DNA of 63,843 nt, counting the filler, from Octopus bimaculoides (taxonomy: Eukaryota): assembly GCF_001194135.2 (NCBI RefSeq). It is 7 parts of 6 records of this genome, joined end to end, with 100 filler letters (N's around TTAATTAATTAA, not from the genome) between each part and the next. Parts side by side here need not be neighbours in the genome. Positions count along the whole stretch, not along the records: positions 51,945 to 54,636 come from NW_026376542.1; positions 54,737 to 56,029 come from NW_026324894.1; positions 56,130 to 58,269 come from NC_068988.1; positions 58,370 to 63,843 come from NC_068997.1; 3 more parts are not named here. The stretch is one strand, 5' to 3'. The notes under the pieces are model-generated. The model worked only from the letters and a program-made list of their open reading frames with translations, did not search any database and had not been told where the DNA came from. The translations under genes were made by a program, and so were the position numbers. Numbering within the stretch: the first letter of the stretch is position 1; each line of letters begins with the position of its first letter. Below, in pieces: positions 51,986-63,843 of this stretch.

Positions 51986-53871
51986 TACGTACATATATAT
52001 ACACACATACATATATATATATATATACACACATACATTAGGATGCCATTGATTTGTTAAGTCTTGATCCCTTGAAATCCGTGAGACTTTTACATCTTTA
52101 CAATAACCGAAACAAAACATTGTTATATGCACCGTGCGTGATATACCAGGCACTCAATATTCAACACACATCCGCCTGTGTTTTCCTTATTCTGCTAAAT
52201 CGAAAATAAAACTCTTCCAACTTCCAGTTAATACAGAAAGCATTCTACCCCTCATCTTTCCGTTTTCTTTTGCTTTTTGACATTCAGCCCTTGAAAACAC
52301 TTTCAAAATAGTTATGAAATAATATTTTCTTAACCGTTCAGTCTTTGCTGCAAAAGTTAAGTATAATAATAGAGATTAACTTTTACATTTAGGAATATAC
52401 ATTCTGCGTGGGATAATCACCTAATCTAAATATTATTTTTACTACTAACGTGAAATGCAACTTCGTATAGTGTAGCATATACAAACAGCTAAACTGAATG
52501 AATGCTTTTTATTAATCAATGAGTGAGCAAGCTGAATCGACAACTGATGGTCTGTAAACTTAACCCATATTTAATATCGATCAATTTCTTCAAATGATTG
52601 AAACGAAATAAGTAAATAAGTAGGCAACATTAATCAGACCAGTACTAAGTGAGTATTTGTTGTGCAGCAGCTTTTTGTTCTGTTAAAGGGCGAATTCTGT
52701 GATGAATCCTTTGACTGTAACAGAAAGACAGAATAAATTGATTTGGTCGATGAAAAGAGCGATTAAAGAAACTGACAAAAATTGCTAGATAAGGAGAAAT
52801 AGTCGAGTACAGAGTAACACGAGAGAAGAGAAAATTTAAGTTAGTAAGAAAAAAGGGAAGACGATAGAGAGATGTATACTGCAATATGCTGAAATGTATG
52901 GGTGCATGCATGCATGTATGAGCGTATGTATATATTTATGTATAAATAGCAGAGTGTAAGAAAAATGTATGTTTATTGTTAGAGGAATAACTAAATAAAT
53001 GTAGATATATAAATCAGTAAAAGGGATAGAGCGCTTTAGATATATCTACAACAGAATATCAGGAAAGTGTCAGGTAGAAACAGTAAGTTAAGGATACGTT
53101 CTTTTTCTTCTTTTGTACTTTATCCTGCTGTAAATATACATTGAATGCATCCATTGATGGTTCATTTAAAGAGGAAGGCTACGGTTATTGTAACCAGGAG
53201 GATCGAAATAGGAAAGCAAACGGCAAGTGTAATATGCATTAAATTGAAAATTGATGTCAGAGGAAATGGCCCATTGGCATTTGCCAGCAGCTATCGGGAC
53301 ACGTTAGAGTGCTGATGGTAGTTACATTGATCTCCATTCGTTATTCCAGTCCAGTGGAATTAAATAAATTCCATAGTTGACAGGATGTTTATTTATAGAG
53401 ACTGGACATTATTTACATTTCTCAGTCATTCCATTAGCTCATTATTCTTTAATATATCTTTACATTGTAAACTTTTTTATTCGAGCACCGCATAGTTGAT
53501 TTTATTTCCGATAATGTATCACTTTGACTGTGGGAAGGTCATAGAAGGGGAGAAGTAAGAGGATATTCAGTAATGATTAATCTATAACAATGATACTGAG
53601 AATTTTTATTGATGGGAAATATATTTCGATCCAAAATATACCATGAGTGCAGGGACAAAGGTGAAAACAAAGGTGAAATACGGACTAAGAAAGAAAGGAT
53701 TAAATGAACGGTGTTGAAAATGAAGGAATTAAATGGTGAACAAAGAAGAGATAAATCTTCTAGGCGTTACATAAATATATATACATATGTGTGTATGTAT
53801 GTATGTATGTATGGATGGATGGATGGATGTATGGATGGATGGTTGTATGTATGCATGTATGTATGTGTATT

Positions 53872-53918
<47 letters not shown>

Positions 53919-53920
<2 letters not shown>

Positions 53921-54272
53921 CAAAATAAGCAACAAAGATATCCAAAGTTAATGCAGTACGATCGTTTCATGCGACCCAAAAACCATTTTGATTTTGTCAG
54001 AATTCTTAGAATTAATTACTAGCCTGTATGGTCTGGTTAAGTCGAAATGATTTTTTTTTGTATTCTTCCTTTCCACTTGGAGAGTTTAAATGTAGTTACA
54101 ACAATATGTCCTTCTGTTGAAATGAAATTTCAGTAAACTTCTATAGCTTTGTGCAGCTGAGGATTGCTCTGCATTTTACATTTAATCTAATGTTCACATT
54201 GCTTAAATAAATGGAGTCGCATGAAACGATCGTACTGCATTAACTTTGGATAACCTTGTTGCTTATTTTGAT
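53919..54272. mobile_element. MITE-like element, same family as 44722-45041
   Basis: TIRs ATCAAAATAAGCAACAAAGATATCCAAAGTTAATGCAGTACGATCGTTTCATGCGAC / GTCGCATGAAACGATCGTACTGCATTAACTTTGGATAACCTTGTTGCTTATTTTGAT; the left end sits in (TA)n. Confidence 0.85.
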
Positions 54273-54362
54273 TTTAATCACCTTATTTGGGAATTGTATG
54301 GATAGTACCATACTTAATTTTGGTGCCTAAACTTAAGTACCAAATTCACCTTGAATCTATTC

Positions 54363-54394
<32 letters not shown>

Positions 54395-54396
54395 AG

Positions 54397-54636
54397 GTTG
54401 CAGCCACTTAGGGGTACCGTCGTGGAGTGTTTTAGTCGAACAAATCCACCCGGGACTTTGCTTCCTTTTTTAAAGCCTGTTGTTTATTCTATCAGTCATA
54501 TTTTTGCCGAACTGCCAGGTCATGGGGACGCAAATACAGCAACACCGGTTGTCAAGCGGTGGAGATGAGGCTAACAGACATAAATGCATACGCACAAATA
54601 CATGTATACATTTATACAATGGGCATCTTTCAGTTT
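54397..54636 (-). mobile_element. SINE family A, 3' half running into gap
   Basis: TTTTAGTCGAACAAATCCACCCGGGAC..TTTTGCCGAAC..ACACCGGTTGTCAAGCGGTGG. Confidence 0.8.
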
Positions 54637-55411
54637 NNNNNNNNNNNNNNNNNNNNNNNNNNNNNNNNNNNNNNNNNNNNTTAATTAATTAANNNNNNNN
54701 NNNNNNNNNNNNNNNNNNNNNNNNNNNNNNNNNNNNTATATTTAATACTGCCAGCAGAGTGCAGTAACTGTTTAACTGTCACGTGTCCTGCTGAGGGGTT
54801 GCCATTTTGGTGGGAAAAGGACAAAGAAATAAGAAAAAAAATTCATAGTAATTTTAACTTCCTGGATCATAAAAGTACCGGATTTTCATGATTCCGTTGT
54901 AAAACCTATTTCTTGCATGAATTTTATATTCCAGACATTTAATGACTAAACATTGTAAAACAATGAATACGCATTTTATGGTCTCTTTTAGTAGTTCAAT
55001 ACGATAAACTGCGGCCATAGCGTGTGTTTGTTTCGCCTGCAAACGATTTGATTATATTAACTCCAGTACATCGTTCGGTACTTTTTTTTATCAGTCAGTT
55101 CATTTATCGGTACAAAGTAACGTAATTCAGACGGAATGCATTCCAGAATGCAGTTTTTGTTCGCTGCACCGATCTATTGACAATTCCCAGGTAGGGTGCT
55201 CTTTGTACCATTTCTACATTATGTGGCTTTCACAAAATGCAGAATTAAGAAGGATTACTAAGTACGTTTGTTGTTATTATTTCTGTTTTATATACTCAGT
55301 CAGATATACCACGCTATAAGTGTTCCATACTATCTTATTATATACATAGATAACTTCAAGGCAGTTGAATCCAAATCTAAAAAAATGAATTGGTATTCTG
55401 GTAAAGATTGT

Positions 55412-55560
55412 GGAGGTGCATGGCTCAGTGGTTAGAGTCTTCGACTCAAGATCGTAAGATTGTGGCTTCGATTCCTAAACCGGGCGATGTGTTGTGTTCT
55501 TGAGCAAAACACTTCATTTCACGTTGCTTCAGTTCACTCAGCTCGTAAAATTGAGTAATT
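55412..55560 (+). mobile_element. tRNA-derived SINE family B
   Basis: A-box TGGCTCAGTGGTTAGAG and B-box-like GGCTTCGATTCC, then GTTGTGTTCTTGAGCAAAACACTTCATTTCACGTTGCTTCAGTTCACTCAGCT. Confidence 0.85.
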
Positions 55561-56703
55561 TTGCAACGGACCGTCATCCCGTCCAGAGAAACCAGCAAAC
55601 CAGCCGTACGGGGTAATGTGGATAGTATTCATGCTTTCTACTATCAAGATAATCATTCGCCATGTACTACTGACTTCTGAGAAGAAATGTGACGTTGGGA
55701 TGTTCATGCATGTTCAGAGGTCGTTATGAAGTTGTCAGCATGTATACCAAGTGAAATGGCTTTCTACGTGTATACTACATTGAGTTTGTTTTAGTTCACG
55801 ATCCAAATAAATAGCGATTGTCGTTTAGTTATATACTCTCAGGTCAGCTCTTAGAATATGAAACGTTGAGACAGACATGCATTTTCAGTGGAAATTATTA
55901 GTATATGTAAGTGGAATGCCTTATCAGAACCATATTGCGTTACGCTTATCCTCATTTGTATATTTTTCAATCCAAATAGCTAACGATTGCTTCAGTGTTG
56001 TTGTTTAGACTCAGGTCAGCTCTCATCGTNNNNNNNNNNNNNNNNNNNNNNNNNNNNNNNNNNNNNNNNNNNNTTAATTAATTAANNNNNNNNNNNNNNN
56101 NNNNNNNNNNNNNNNNNNNNNNNNNNNNNGTTTAACACACCGGTAAAATTTCCATTTTCTTTTTTTTTTTTTCTTTTTTTTTTTTTGCTTATATTATTTC
56201 CTTACAACAGCTCCTCTGCATCACTCGCGATCTGTGTCTATCTTCAAAATATCATATTTCTACAGGAATATGTATGTCTCAGATTATGTACTTATATATC
56301 TGTCAATCTATCTCTCTCACTCTCTTTCTCTCTCGTTCTCTTCCTCTCTCTCTCTCTCTCACTCACTGACTCTCTCTCTCTCTCTCTCTCTCTACATATA
56401 TATATATACACACATGCATATATACATACACACACACACATATATGAATGGACATATGTGTGTGCGTATCATTAATAACAGTGACTAAGATCCACATGAT
56501 TTGAAGTTTCATAGGTGCGTGGGACACGTCCATCTCATCAGATGCTCTGAGTCAGTGGCAGATTGTGTGACTGTGTGGGGGTGTGTATGTGTGTCTATAC
56601 ACACACACACACACATACACATGTCGACATGCCTTCTTGCTAGTACGCCTAAATTCATTTGTTTCTAACAGTATATCACTTCGTACACTTAGCTTTATAT
56701 CTA

Positions 56704-56753
<50 letters not shown>

Positions 56754-57718
56754 TCACCACTTCACATCGTCTTGGCTTAACAGCCCGCACCGTTTGTTTT
56801 TACTGTTTTGTTCTCACTGTCCTGTTTTTGTTTCCACTTTCACCCTCGGCAAAAAATGCCAAATTTTATTTAATTTGCTTTGCGGGAAGGACTGTTTTAA
56901 GGAAGTTGCGTCTTGTCCNNNNNNNNNNNNNNNNNNNNNNNNNNNNNNNNNNNNNNNNNNNNNNNNNNNNNNNNNNNNNNNNNNNNNNNNNNNNNNNNNN
57001 NNNNNNNNNNNNNNNNNNNNNNNNNNNNNNNNNNNNNNNNNNNNNNNNNNNNNNNNNNNNNNNNNNNNNNNNNNNNNNNNNNNNNNNNNNNNNNNNNNNN
57101 NNNNNNNNNNNNNNNNNNNNNNNNNNNNNNNNNNNNNNNNNNNNNNNNNNNNNNNNNNNNNNNNNNNNNNNNNNNNNNNNNNNNNNNNNNNNNNNNNNNN
57201 NNNNNNNNNNNNNNNNNNNNNNNNNNNNNNNNNNNNNNNNNNNNNNNNNNNNNNNNNNNNNNNNNNNNNNNNNNNNNNNNNNNNNNNNNNNNNNNNNNNN
57301 NNNNNNNNNNNNNNNNNNNNNNNNNNNNNNNNNNNNNNNNNNNNNNNNNNNNNNNNNNNNNNNNNNNNNNNNNNNNNNNNNNNNNNNNNNNNNNNNNNNN
57401 NNNNNNNNNNNNNNNNNNNNNNNNNNNNNNNNNNNNNNNNNNNNNNNNNNNNNNNNNNNNNNNNNNNNNNNNNNNNNNNNNNNNNNNNNNNNNNNNNNNN
57501 NNNATACACTTTTCAATCTTTTCGGTTAGAAATGAGACAGGTTGACAGACACACAGACAGACAGCCAATGATAGCATGCTGAGAAACCGTAAAAGAAGCG
57601 ACAGATGGGTGGGATTTAGTCGGGTCTGTTTTGTTGCCTGCTGCTGATGATGATGACAATGATGGTGCTGATGATTCGTTTATTTCTTTATTGTTGCTGT
57701 TTGCCATTGTTGTTGTTA

Positions 57719-57789
<71 letters not shown>

Positions 57790-58369
57790 GTTATAGGCGG
57801 TGGTGGAGTTGTTAATACAGGAATTGAAAATTGTACCAAATAAGACAAACAACAAAGCAAGAGGAAAACACTGAATAAATTAATAGATAACAAAAAGGGA
57901 GAATATAATGAAGTGGGGTACTTGAAGCGGAACTGAACGTGAACGCGCTGCGGCAGTAGGCAAGTACTGGAGAAAGATAGGCAGGAACTGTAAAGACAGT
58001 CACGAGAGCGTTGCTTATTGTGTCTGAAGTGGAGTGGTGCACAATAATAGCTTTGCCGGGGAAGGCAGGGCACGGTGGAGCTAAAAAACACAAGCATATG
58101 GACGTATAAAACACCCAACGACATACACAGTCACATGCACACACGCACATATGAGCATACATATTCAGACACAGGCATAACACACGCGCAAACGAACGCT
58201 TACACACAAAGGCACACACACACATATGTACGTATGTGCGTGTATATATATATATATATATATATATATNNNNNNNNNNNNNNNNNNNNNNNNNNNNNNN
58301 NNNNNNNNNNNNNTTAATTAATTAANNNNNNNNNNNNNNNNNNNNNNNNNNNNNNNNNNNNNNNNNNNN

Positions 58370-58490
58370 ACGAAGCAGGGTAGGGGTGCTAGGTGTGGGG
58401 TCAGGGCGGCGGTCAAGGAAGTATTGGAGGGCTGAGAGACCATCGTTGTGTGGAATCACCGTGTATAGGGATTTGATGTCCATGTTTGAA
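58370..58490 (-). mobile_element. Poseidon-type Penelope RT fragment
   Basis: MDIKSLYTVIPHNDGLSALQYFLDRRPDPTPSTPTLLR matches the PLE RT motif MDVxSLYTxIPHxDGLxAL; cut off by a gap. Confidence 0.85.
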
Positions 58491-58802
58491 TGTGTGTGTG
58501 TGTGTGTGTTTTGGTAACTCGTTCTTATAGATATTTTCGTGAGCATACACACATACATACGCTTCAATCGCACACACACACACACACACACACCTAACAA
58601 CACACATGTACACTTAACCACGCACATGTACACAGAGCTACGTACATACACACATATAGAGTGTATACACTCGTATGCACGTGCACACACATGCACACAC
58701 GCATGCACACGCACAATAGCACATGGGCACACTGTAACACACACATACAATAGCACAAACGCACGCAATAGCGCGTGCTCACACACATGCACACACACAC
58801 CT

Positions 58803-58866
<64 letters not shown>

Positions 58867-59139
58867 NNNNNNNNNNTAGGTACCTTAGGAATGATAGCAA
58901 AAGGGTGCTGATTGCTACCTAGCTCAGATACTAGGAAACCCCAAAATAGCAGAAATTCAAAAGATAGTGCTCATAGGAATACTGTCTATGTAATCTCAAA
59001 TTTTAAAACAAACTCATAATTTTCTTANNNNNNNNNNACCACCACCACCACTACCACCATCATCGCTGCTGCCTCTACCACAACTGCTGCCGCCGCTGCT
59101 TCCACCACCACCACCACCACAAAAATCATGCCTCCTCAT

Positions 59140-59416
59140 TGATATGACTACCAATCGACATAAATGTATCTGTCAAGACCTACCAAAAACTGAGTAAGTA
59201 TAAAGATCTTGAAATAGAAATTGGCAAAATGTGGAACCTCAAGACTAAAACAACATCTGTTGTCATAGGTACCTTAGGAATGATAGCAAAAGGGTGCTGA
59301 TTGCTACCTAGCTCAGATACTAGGAAACCCCAAAATAGCAGAAATTCAAAAGATAGTGCTCATAGGAATACTGTCTATGTAATCTCAAATTTTAAAACAA
59401 ACTCATAATTTTCTTA
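59140..59416 (+). mobile_element. R4/Dong-clade 3' end (REL endonuclease tail)
   Basis: DINVSVKTYQKLSKYKDLEIEIGKMWNLKTKTTSVVIGTLGMIAKG..IQKIVLIG. Confidence 0.85.
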
Positions 59417-59569
59417 AACATTCTCTAGAACAATACTATGTACAAAACCAAATATATAATGCCCCAGGCATAACACCAACTTGAACTTCTAACTTGTCTC
59501 TTGAGGTCTCTGGGTGAGACTTGGAGCCAACTTGTACAAATACAAAGCAAAAGTCAAACATATAATGAT

Positions 59570-60410
59570 ACACCTTCTATTGTCATGGAAGCTTGCAAAT
59601 TCGCAAGGGAACTTGGCATTAACCCTGAATTAGATGAAGAACCTAAAACCACTGCTACGAATAAAGCAAAACCAGTCAAACAGACTTCAAAAAAGAACGG
59701 GCAGAAACAAATTTAGGCGCGGTGGGCAGTATATACTTCGAAGCTGATGTAAACCAAACAACAACCCATCAGTGGATGAGAAGCTCAGAACTGAAAGCAG
59801 ACACTGAAGGTTTCATATTGGCGGCACACGATCAAAGCTTGCTTCCCAAAAACTACCAGGCAACGTTCTTTAAGATAGTTTTGACCCTAAATGCAGATTC
59901 CGCGATAAATTTGATGAAACAATAGACCATTCTCGTCTCGAGATATCCTGTGCTGACACCAAACAAATACAAAAATCGCCATGATAGAGTAGGAAAGCAT
60001 TTACATTGGAAAATATGTAAACACTACAAAATCAGCACTCCTGCTTACTGGTATAAACATCCCACTGAGCTAGTAGTTGAAAGTAAAAATGTCACGATCA
60101 GACATAGACATTAAAGACAGAGGAAAATACTTGTAGACTAATAGATATAAGTATTCTCACTGATAAAAATATATCTGTAAAGGAATTTGACAAATTAAGT
60201 AAATATAAGGACCTGGAAATTGAAATACAAAAGATGTGGTATCTTAAAGTGAGAACTATTCCTATTATTGTGGGTGCTTTAGGTATGATAAGAAAGGGTT
60301 GTCAGAAACATCGAGATAATATCCCTAGAGAACCATGTTTCGGAGTAATCCAAAAGATTGTGCTGACAAGTACTGCCCACATCCTTGGAAAAAATTAAAA
60401 TGTCTGTACT
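59570..60410 (+). mobile_element. R4/Dong-clade CCHC plus REL endonuclease region (pseudogenised)
   Basis: QWMRSSELKADTEGFILAAHDQSL..CRFRDKFDETIDHLVS..YKNRHDRVGKHLHWKICKHY..KNISVKEFDKLSKYKDLEIEIQKMWYLKVRTIPIIVGALGMIRKG..IQKIVLTSTAHIL. Confidence 0.9.
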
Positions 60411-60589
60411 GTATTACCTCTAGAAAACATCCCTGCTAACTAATAATGTCATAGTTATATGAGGATGATGATATTAATAATGATGATGATGATGATGTGT
60501 TTTACTTAATAATTATCCTACTTCTTCTCCTCCTCCTATTCCTCCTCCTCCCCCCCCCCTCCTCCTCCTCCTCCTCATTATTATTATCA

Positions 60590-61040
60590 TTATTTATTCG
60601 GTTGTCTTATTTTTATCACATGCTTTCACTGTGTGCCTTCGGTATGTGCTGTGGTTTTTGCGATGCTCTTATTATTACTGTATTGGAAGTGTTTTACGTA
60701 AGATGTTTGCGGTGCTTAGTAGTGTTATTTGCTAGTCCTGGTGTTTTTGTTATGTATTTGTCTGAATTTTTTTTTGATCATACCTAATGCGCCTATTATG
60801 ATAGGAATTGTTTCTGTTTTTAGACTCTACATTCGAGTTACCTCTATTTCCAGGTTTTTATATTTTGAAAGTTTCTCCACTTCTTTTAGAGAAACGTTGT
60901 CATCTGTTGGTATCGATACATCTATTAGAAAGCATTATTTTCTTGATGATCTCTGACAACTATATCCGGCCAATTGGCCTTAATTTCTCTATCTGTATGT
61001 ATTGGCATATCTCGTAGTATGGTTGCTTTCTCATTTTCAA
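60590..61040 (-). mobile_element. R4/Dong-clade REL 3' fragment
   Basis: KATILRDMPIHTDREIKANWPDIVVRDHQ..FLIDVSIPTDDNVSLKEVEKLSKYKNLEIEVTRM*SLKTETIPIIIGALGMIKK; both ends in TAA/TTA repeats. Confidence 0.9.
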
Positions 61041-61050
61041 TTATTATTAT

Positions 61051-61510
61051 TGAGTGAGAGAGCAATGCATGTCATCAAAGTGACACTAGGGTGCAAATAT
61101 ACAACACCCAACATACCCATTATGACTACCTGTCTGATAAAGGGCACACCAGGTATATGCATCACAACCATATGTGCGCGACATGGTGACTTTATATCAA
61201 GATAAACAGCGCATGACCTTGCAGGTGAGGCATAGTTAGAATTTTCTTCATGTCGAGTAGTCCATCCTGTTCAAAAGGTCCCTGAATGAATGTTGTTTAA
61301 GGATGATGAACGAAACACCCATGTTTCCAGAGGTAAATTATTCAAACTTCAAAGAATTCATCTGATCCACTAATAGTCATGCTCAACTAATTAAGGTCAA
61401 GCAAGTGACAAGTAAATATGTGGTATTGAGCAGAATATTTGCTGTAGCCCATCTTTTACACCAAGACAAAACATTTACATAATAACATGATCAGAAGTCA
61501 TGAGAGCCAG
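61051..61510 (-). mobile_element. 460-bp non-coding element embedded in (TAA)n, same family as 1-185
   Basis: Shares ~185 bp with 1-185 and the same TTATTAT|TGAGTGAGAG junction; no ORF or pol III boxes recognised; orientation tentative. Confidence 0.8.
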
Positions 61511-61524
61511 TAATAATAATAATA

Positions 61525-61612
<88 letters not shown>

Positions 61613-62115
61613 NNNNNNNNNNNNNNNNNNNNNNNNNNNNNNNNNNNNNNNNNNNNNNNNNNNNNNNNNNNNNNNNNNNNNNNNNNNNNNNNNNNNNNNN
61701 NNNNNNNNNNNNNNNNNNNNNNNNNNNNNNNNNNNNNNNNNNNNNNNNNNNNNNNNNNNNNNNNNNNNNNNNNNNNNNNNNNNNNNNNNNNNNNNNNNNN
61801 NNNNNNNNNNNNNNNNNNNNNNNNNNNNNNNNNNNNNNNNNNNNNNNNNNNNNNNNNNNNNNNNNNNNNNNNNNNNNNNNNNNNNNNNNNNNNNNNNNNN
61901 NNNNNNNNNNNNNNNNNNNNNNNNNNNNNNNNNNNNNNNNNNNNNNNNNNNNNNNNNNNNNNNNNNNNNNNNNNNNNNNNNNNNNNNNNNNNNNNNNNNN
62001 NNNNNNNNNNNNNNNNNNNNNNNNNNNNNNNNNNNNNNNNNNNNNNNNNNNNNNNNNNNNNNNNNNNNNNNNNACCAGTCCTTTATATTATTATTATTTT
62101 TATTATTTTTATAAA

Positions 62116-62301
62116 GGCAGTGAGCTGGCAGAATCATTTGCATGCTGGGCAAAATGCTTAGCAGCATTACGTTCTGAGTTCAAATTCTGCCGAGGTCGAC
62201 TTTGCTTTTATCGTTTCGGGGTCGACGAAATTAATGCTAGTTACACAATGGGCTCGATGTAATCCCCCAAAATTTCAGATCTCGTGTCTATAGTAGAAAA
62301 G
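62116..62301 (+). mobile_element. tRNA-derived SINE family C
   Basis: GGCAGTGAGCTGGCAGAATC (A-box), GAGTTCAAATTC (B-box), CCGAGGTCGACTTTGCTTTTATCGTTTCGGGGTCGA core, (TTA)n tail; about 50 bp from the ACE donor site. Confidence 0.85.
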
Positions 62302-62342
<41 letters not shown>

Positions 62343-62349
62343 TTCTTAC

Positions 62350-62535
62350 CTTCGTTTTCTGGTTGTCTTTATTCAAATCAACTTCATAAGCCCACTGTTC
62401 TGTCGTCACCTTGTTAATCACAAGTTGATATTCCTGGGCGTAATTTTCTAACCATTCTTCAGGGGTCAAAGAGAGCGCCATGCTGATTAGCAAGATCAAA
62501 ACGGTGGCTTTCAGGTGATATTTCGGATACAGCAT
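62350..62535 (-). CDS. ACE: First coding exon of an angiotensin-converting-enzyme-like (peptidase M2) gene
   Basis: ATG at 62535; 62 codons MLYPKYHLKATVLILLISMALS|LTPEEWLENYAQEYQLVINKVTTEQWAYEVDLNKDNQKTK, then a strong phase-0 donor AAG|GTAAGA. A hydrophobic signal peptide is followed by the ACE/ACE2 N-terminal pattern (W/F-L-xx-Y...W-x-Y-xx-N/D-I/L-T/N-xx-N). The intron position matches, from memory, the first coding intron of human ACE (..NITAENARRQ|) and ACE2 (..NITEENVQNM|). Confidence 0.85.
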
Positions 62536-62964
62536 GATGAATATCACACAGCAAAAGTAAATTATTAGTGTGGTTTAATATTTGAGCTTCAGTCATACGC
62601 ATACACACACAGTAGTAAAGTGCGGTTCGATTTAAGGTTCTTTAAAAACTGAACAACATCTGACTGTCTTGTGTGCGCGCTTACACTACCACGTGCCCAC
62701 TTACGTACACGCCACTTTTATTGCTTGAATGTGTTTGTATGTGTGTATCAATATGTGTATATATGTATATGTATATGAATGTATGCGTCTATGGATGTAT
62801 CTTGTAAGTATTTGTGCGAGAACGTGTATGTATGTGTTCGTATGTGAGTGTGTGTTTGTGGATACATACATACATACATACGTACATACATACATACATA
62901 CATACATACATACATACACACACACGTATGTGTATGTACATACGTCGATATATCTGTATGTATG

Positions 62965-63012
<48 letters not shown>

Positions 63013-63056
63013 AATATATATATATACTTGTTGCACATTTCATGTGCTTACTCCGG

Positions 63057-63092
<36 letters not shown>

Positions 63093-63271
63093 TATATATA
63101 CATATATACATATATATATGCTCACAAACACCGCCCCACCTCTAGGCCATGACACTCTTACGTCTAATCTATTACTCAAACACGCACGCTCTCGCCAACA
63201 CACACATACACGCATAAAAACACACACACACGCACACTCACTCACTCACTCACACACTCATTATCACATGT

Positions 63272-63843
<572 letters not shown>

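Noticed and set aside
55412-55490. Possible tRNA gene (also 62116-62190 and family A heads)
   Set aside because: A/B boxes are present but there is no complete cloverleaf, and each continues into a shared SINE body.
57880-58080. Possible GIY-YIG tail of the Poseidon RT fragment at 58370
   Set aside because: Composition and position fit, but no motif could be read with confidence.
62640-62725. Putative ACE core promoter (ATAAAA, CACGTG, TCAGTT on the minus strand)
   Set aside because: TATA-to-Inr spacing is wrong (50-70 bp), and short motifs are expected by chance without TSS data.

Overview
Gapped (many N runs), extremely microsatellite-rich animal genomic DNA. The SINE families and repeat landscape look like a cephalopod (octopus-type) draft assembly; the species is inferred, not proven. 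Only one host coding exon is well supported: the first coding exon (signal peptide plus N-terminal helix, 62535-62350, minus strand) of an angiotensin-converting-enzyme-like (peptidase M2) gene. No further ACE exon was recognisable in the about 62 kb downstream, so the window is probably mostly a huge first intron, or the exons sit in gaps. The rest is decayed mobile DNA: several Penelope-like elements (Neptune-type and Poseidon-type GIY-YIG/RT fragments), an RTE LINE endonuclease, R4/Dong-type RT/REL fragments beside (TAA)n, an apparent ORF1-only L1/Tx1-like element, a mariner transposase remnant, MITE-like fold-back elements and about 13 tRNA-derived SINE copies. The most interesting signal is a set of at least 6-8 type I hammerhead ribozyme motifs of several designs. 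They occur in an inverted pair, at Penelope 3' ends, and in a roughly 190-bp (TA)n-embedded short element present twice (retrozyme-like). Nearly all ORFs in the supplied track are microsatellite or N-gap artefacts. All alignments and folds were done by eye, and repeat boundaries are approximate.
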